In this document: piece after piece, positions 59,737 through 64,000 of the stretch
Layout: each line of letters starts with the position of its first letter
Numbering within the stretch: the stretch's first letter is position 1
Origin: a virus
Taxonomy: Duplodnaviria; Heunggongvirae; Uroviricota; Caudoviricetes
Reading direction: 5' to 3' (one strand)
DNA: 64,000 nucleotides
IMG/VR virus record: IMGVR_UViG_3300037418_003161
Coordinates: 1 to 64,000 of that record
Translations under genes and position numbers: made by a program
Notes under the pieces: model-generated
Database searches by the model: none
What the model saw: the letters and a program-made list of their open reading frames with translations, nothing else
What the model was told of the DNA's origin: nothing

Positions 59737-60146
59737 TATCCAATCCAGAGATTTTGATAGGCCGTCTTCACATTAGTTTTTTGTGTGGCCGTTAATGGTG
59801 TGGGATGCCATAGTTTAATTCTATTAACTATTCCAGAGCCAGTTGTTGCTTCCACGAAAAATATTCTTAAATCAGGTAATCCACATGCCGTTTTAAACCC
59901 TTCAAACTCTTCCCATAAATCACGTATTACTACTGTGACTCCCGAAGAGGGTGGGAATGTGGGATTGTCGGCCATAAGATTATCCAACTTTGTTTTTTCA
60001 GTAGTGGTTAATTCTCTATCAAACGTTAAACATGTTTGTTCTCCAATATCTCCGCTTCCTATGGGTTCAATCCCCACTTCCCATAAGCAGCGTTTGAGCA
60101 TATTCCAGCGATAACCCCCGGAAACTTTTGGATAATAATAGTCCAT
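59736..60146 (-). CDS. Hypothetical protein (possible fibre assembly chaperone)
   Basis: 136 aa with an internal duplication (LTxTxKTxLxxL twice); coupled to the giant gene. Confidence 0.6.
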   Translation of the reverse strand: MDYYYPKVSGGYRWNMLKRCLWEVGIEPIGSGDIGEQTCLTFDRELTTTEKTKLDNLMADNPTFPPSSGVTVVIRDLWEEFEGFKTACGLPDLRIFFVEATTGSGIVNRIKLWHPTPLTATQKTNVKTAYQNLWIG

Positions 60147-60216
60147 ATAATAAAATAGATTTTATGTCTAAATCATAAGAAAAAGACTGAGAATGTAAAC
60201 ATTCAACTATAAATAC

Positions 60217-63048
60217 TTAACATTGAGTTTGGGTTGCTTGAACCCGGATATATGAACCAACTGATGAATTGTATGTATAATCAATGGAAACTGGAATGAC
60301 ATCATTTACGTTGTAGTTTTTGATACAAACCGTTTGCAGTGTCGTGCCGCCATAGGAAAAAATCAACGTGGTTGAATAATTACCAAGTGCCTGAATGGTA
60401 ATATCCACACTGATTGTACCGCTACTTGTTCCAACGTTTACGTAATAATCTGTTGTATAGCCACCCTCAAATGCATTCATTGTTCTTGTTGTTCCACACT
60501 CATCATACACAATAGGTGTTGCCGTTGGAGTAAGAGTTGGAGTGGCTGTGGCAGTAATCGTGTTGGTTGGAGTTAAGGTTGGAGTACTTGTGACTGTAGA
60601 CGTTGATGTACGTGTAGGAGTATTAGTCGGCGTCAAAGTACTACTAGCAGTTACCGTACTGGTAGGTGTAACAGTAGATGTGGATGTGCATGTAGGAGTG
60701 TTTGTCGGAGTAGGAGTATTAGTCGGTGTCAAAGAACTGGTTGGTGTGTTCGTTGCAGTGGCCGTTCTTGTGGGTGTCACTGTCGTAGTGGGTGTATTAC
60801 TTGGGGTAACAGTATTTGTAGGTGTTACGGTGGATGTGGGTGTACCTGTACTGGTAGAAGTATTGGTTGGGGTATTTGATGCAGTAACCGTATTGGTTGG
60901 AGTCACGGTGCTTGTTGCTGTCCTTGTCGGAGTATTTGTTGCAGTGGGTGTATTTGATGCAGTAACCGTATTGGTTGGAGTCACTGTACTGGTAGGAGTC
61001 GTAGTGGGTGTACTGGTTTGAGTTGGGGTTACAGATGGTGTGGGTGTAAATGTTGGCGTGACGGTGGATGTGGGTGTATTAGTGGAAGTTGCGGTTCTCG
61101 TTGGAGACACACTCGATGTAGGTGTATTTGTAGGCGTTACGGTGTTGGTTGCCGTAACAGTACTAGTCGGTGTTACAGTTGTAGTAGATGATGGTGTAAC
61201 AGTGTTTGTTGGGGTCAGGGTATTTGTAGGGGTTACTGTACTTGTTGGTGTTACCGTAGCAGTGGGAGATACGGTCGGCGTATTGGTTGGTGTGTTCGTT
61301 GAGGTGGGTGTGTTGGATGCTGTGACCGTATTGGTTGGTGTTACTGTACTTGTTGGAGTTACCGTTGCTGTTGGGGTAACAGTTGGAGTATTTGATGCAG
61401 TTGGCGTATTAGTAGCCGTGGGTGTATTTGTCGATGTATTGCTTGGTGTTACGGTATTCGATGCTGTTACTGTGTTTGTTGGTGTTACCGTAGCTGTAAT
61501 AGATGCAGTAGGTGTATTTGTGGCAGTAGGTGTATTTGTAGGTGTGGTAGTGTTTGATGAAGTAACAGTATTGGTTGGCGTACTTGTTGATGTTGGAGTT
61601 TTTGTAGGTGTAACAGATGTAGTTGGTGTAGTAGTGGGTGTGGCCGTGTTCGTTGGAGTTACAGACGGTGTGGAACTAATAGAAGAGGTTGGAGTATTTG
61701 TTGGGGTTACTGTATTAGTCGGAGTAACAGTATTGCTTGGTGTTACGGTAAATGTAGGTGTGTTGGTAGGTGTGACCGTACTTGTCGGGGTAACAGAAGA
61801 TGTTGCAGTATTAGTTGGGGTAACAGTATTGGTAGGTGTGACCGTACTTGTCGGTGTTGCGGTAGATGTTGCAGTATTGGTAGGTGTAATGCTATTGGTG
61901 GGTGTATTAGTCGGTGTCAACGTGTTTGTCGGAGTAACGGTATTCGTTGGAGTTACAGACGGTGTGGATGTTACTGTTGATGTTGGGGTGGTAGTCGGGG
62001 TATTTGATGCAGTTGGGGTGTTAGACGCTGTTGTTGTGTTTGTGGGTGTTACTGTACTTGTTGGCGTATTTGTTGAAGTAGCGGTTTTTGTAGGTGTAAT
62101 AGATGCAGTCGGGGTAAAAGTCGGAGTAGCTGTATTAGTGGGTGTTACTGATGGTGTCGGCGTATTCGTTGAAGTTGGTGTATTGGTGGACGTAACGGTA
62201 CTTGTTGGGGTTACAGTAGAAGAAGAGGTAACTGTTGGCGTATTCGTTGAAGTTGGTGTGTTAGTAGGTGTTACGCTTGCTGTCGTCGTATTAGTAGGTG
62301 TAGCAGTACTTGTACTAGTTGGTGTATTAGTAGGCGTTACACTTGGTGTTACCGTATTGGTTGGAGTAGTAGTAGGTGTGGCACTCTGTGAAATAGAGGG
62401 TGTAACCGTTGCTGTAGGGGTAAAAGTCGGAGTAGCTGTATTGGTTGGGGTTACAGTATTGGTAGGGGTAACTGTGGCTGTTGGTGTGACCGTTGATGTT
62501 GCCGTGGTAGTCGGTGTATTCGTTGGTGTCACCGAATTGGTAGGTGTAACAGTTGGTGTGGGAGTATTACTTGCTGTGGCCGTATTTGACGGTGTAACCG
62601 TTGATGTTGGTGTTACTGTAGAAGTCGAAGTCCTTGTGGGAGTGTTGGTCGGTGTTACGGTGGATGTTGGCGTATTGGTAGCAGTAGGCGTATTACTTGC
62701 CGTTACACTCGCCGTGGGGGTGTTGGTAGGCGTAGCTGTACTTGTACTAGTTGGGGTACTTCCCGGTGTTCCTGTTGGTGTTGCGGTGTTGGATGCTGTA
62801 ACAGTATTACTTGGTGTTACTGTAGCTGTAGGGGTTAAGGTACTTGTAGCGGTGGCTGTAGGTGTTGGCGTTTGAGTGGCGCAAGGCGACACATCACTAA
62901 CAATACCATTTCCCCCGGTAACAGTGAAATAGTTTGTGCCGTTGGAATAATAGCCATCAGGCACAGGGGTTGATAAGGCATTGTCCGTAAACAACTGACA
63001 TCCTGTTGTTATTGTTTGACAAGTAGTGAAATAATAAGCATTCGCCAT
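60217..63048 (-). CDS. Mucin-like Thr/Pro/Ser-repeat virion protein
   Basis: About 790 of 943 residues form a (T/S)-X alternating tract between short Cys-containing end domains; TATTTAT 6 nt upstream. Confidence 0.8.
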   Translation of the reverse strand: MANAYYFTTCQTITTGCQLFTDNALSTPVPDGYYSNGTNYFTVTGGNGIVSDVSPCATQTPTPTATATSTLTPTATVTPSNTVTASNTATPTGTPGSTPTSTSTATPTNTPTASVTASNTPTATNTPTSTVTPTNTPTRTSTSTVTPTSTVTPSNTATASNTPTPTVTPTNSVTPTNTPTTTATSTVTPTATVTPTNTVTPTNTATPTFTPTATVTPSISQSATPTTTPTNTVTPSVTPTNTPTSTSTATPTNTTTASVTPTNTPTSTNTPTVTSSSTVTPTSTVTSTNTPTSTNTPTPSVTPTNTATPTFTPTASITPTKTATSTNTPTSTVTPTNTTTASNTPTASNTPTTTPTSTVTSTPSVTPTNTVTPTNTLTPTNTPTNSITPTNTATSTATPTSTVTPTNTVTPTNTATSSVTPTSTVTPTNTPTFTVTPSNTVTPTNTVTPTNTPTSSISSTPSVTPTNTATPTTTPTTSVTPTKTPTSTSTPTNTVTSSNTTTPTNTPTATNTPTASITATVTPTNTVTASNTVTPSNTSTNTPTATNTPTASNTPTVTPTATVTPTSTVTPTNTVTASNTPTSTNTPTNTPTVSPTATVTPTSTVTPTNTLTPTNTVTPSSTTTVTPTSTVTATNTVTPTNTPTSSVSPTRTATSTNTPTSTVTPTFTPTPSVTPTQTSTPTTTPTSTVTPTNTVTASNTPTATNTPTRTATSTVTPTNTVTASNTPTNTSTSTGTPTSTVTPTNTVTPSNTPTTTVTPTRTATATNTPTSSLTPTNTPTPTNTPTCTSTSTVTPTSTVTASSTLTPTNTPTRTSTSTVTSTPTLTPTNTITATATPTLTPTATPIVYDECGTTRTMNAFEGGYTTDYYVNVGTSSGTISVDITIQALGNYSTTLIFSYGGTTLQTVCIKNYNVNDVIPVSIDYTYNSSVGSYIRVQATQTQC
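60515..62880 (-). repeat. Low-complexity coding repeat, T-x-T-P-(T/S)-(N/S) units
   Basis: Seen in translation; DNA codons vary between units. Confidence 0.9.
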
Positions 63049-63080
63049 TAATTAATAAATAAACATTTTTATAAAAATTG

Positions 63081-63998
63081 TCAAGGACAACTATTTATGT
63101 CTGTTATCACACCATTTGAGAATGTAATTACCTGTGGGTTTGAGCTTAAATTATAGATATAGTTTCCAGTAATTGTTGATTTTTGACAACCCGCAAATTC
63201 ATACGCTTGCTGACCAACTTCTACGCTTGCAATAAATTTTGTTACTCCGTGAAAACTATAGCCAGTTACCCCATAGTACTGTGTATAACTACACGCCTCT
63301 TGGACTGTAGTTTGTGTTAAATCTATCGTGCCTCCGCTATATGTCATATCATACCATAACACAACAGAATTGGTTGGTTTGGGACACGTTGATGTCGGAG
63401 TAGGGGTATTCGTAGCAGTGACAGTAGGTGTAATGGTTGACGTTATTGTGGCTGTCGGTGTTGATGTAGCGGTATTTGATGGTGTTACCGTATTGGTTGG
63501 AGTATTGGTCGGGGTCGCAGTTGGCGCAACACACTGTTCTTGAAATGTTATCGTAACTCCTGAAGCAACTAAACCGCCTGAATTATTAAAGTAATATTGA
63601 TTGATGTTTACGATACCATTTTGTAAACCAACTGTACCATCATTTACTGTAGCATTGCTGTTTACACCTTCTCCATAACAAAATTCAATTTTTCCGGTTT
63701 GTTCATATAAACGTGCTTCATAGTCAAAGTTTATCCCTGTTTTTGTTGATGTATAATCATTAATTCTCCACTCTACAACAAAAATACGATTCGGGGCTGA
63801 CCCATAAGTTGCTGTAAAGATACCTCTACCTGTGTGGTCACTACGTTGGTCATCCCACCAAGGAAATATGGTTTTACCAAACCCTGATGCGGGTAGTGCT
63901 GAATTATTAAATTGCGTATTGGAGCTATCGAATTGTAAGTTACCGTTGGTGCTAATTGTAACACCCGTAAAATTTGTACCATAAAAACTAAAACTAAA
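63081..63998 (-). CDS. 3' end of another NIDO-like/TP-tract virion protein (start beyond the window)
   Basis: Manual translation open from the edge: FSFSFYGTNFTGVTISTNGNLQF...IFPWWDD...GSAPNRIFVVEWR...EARLYE, then a TP tract, ending ...DINSCP. Confidence 0.8.
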   Translation of the reverse strand, partial: FSFSFYGTNFTGVTISTNGNLQFDSSNTQFNNSALPASGFGKTIFPWWDDQRSDHTGRGIFTATYGSAPNRIFVVEWRINDYTSTKTGINFDYEARLYEQTGKIEFCYGEGVNSNATVNDGTVGLQNGIVNINQYYFNNSGGLVASGVTITFQEQCVAPTATPTNTPTNTVTPSNTATSTPTATITSTITPTVTATNTPTPTSTCPKPTNSVVLWYDMTYSGGTIDLTQTTVQEACSYTQYYGVTGYSFHGVTKFIASVEVGQQAYEFAGCQKSTITGNYIYNLSSNPQVITFSNGVITDINSCP

Positions 63999-64000
63999 CG

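Noticed and set aside
61040-62875. 611-aa plus-strand Val/Gly-rich ORF (and similar ones near 11949, 39865, 46632, 55898-58168, 60542)
   Set aside because: Antisense shadow of Thr/Pro codons, whose reverse complement gives Val/Gly codons and rarely a stop; no independent start signals
55000-63000. Possible CRISPR array or DNA tandem-repeat array
   Set aside because: Repetition is at amino-acid level inside open frames; no constant repeat with unique spacers and no cas operon
63349-63982. Separate small ORFs 63349..63534 and 63773..63982 from the track
   Set aside because: Alternative-frame fragments inside one continuous reading frame running from the window edge to 63081
1-64000. Stop-codon reassignment as in some huge phages
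   Set aside because: Conserved genes are full length and tightly packed under the standard code; no systematic in-frame TAG/TGA interruptions
1-64000. tRNA or rRNA genes
   Set aside because: Intergenic gaps are short and I saw no cloverleaf or T-loop signature; a tRNAscan-SE run would confirm

Overview
Gene-dense, almost entirely minus-strand 64 kb segment of a large tailed (jumbo/huge) bacteriophage genome, read in the standard code. Host-type TAnnTTTG promoters and Bacteroidota-like genes suggest a Bacteroidota host. Left to right it holds: a partial NusG; three tandem 'WCT'-domain + leucine-rich-repeat paralogues; DnaJ; an Hc1 histone-like protein; probable head proteins; a lysis-like cassette; an RpoD-like sigma factor; ClpP; and an SbcC/SbcD (gp46/gp47) pair split by a ~9 kb sugar-modification cluster (4 GT2-like, a GT7, an RmlD/C-methyltransferase fusion, a HAD/nucleotidyltransferase fusion, a cupin, a GDPD-like protein). 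Next come a PD-(D/E)XK nuclease, primase, GIY-YIG and RuvC-like resolvase. The last ~29 kb is a tail/baseplate region with very long mucin-like Thr/Pro/Ser tracts, one intact and one dead Hint domain, NIDO-like/LamG-like modules and a 2693-aa baseplate-like protein carrying deacetylase, glycoside hydrolase and esterase domains. Best candidate for an undescribed system: a phage-encoded mucin-like virion glycocalyx (T/P/S acceptor tracts plus own glycosylation pathway). Also seen: three promoter classes, promoter-minigene-terminator units, and apparent avoidance of GATC and CCWGG. All family calls come from motif recognition by eye, not database searches.
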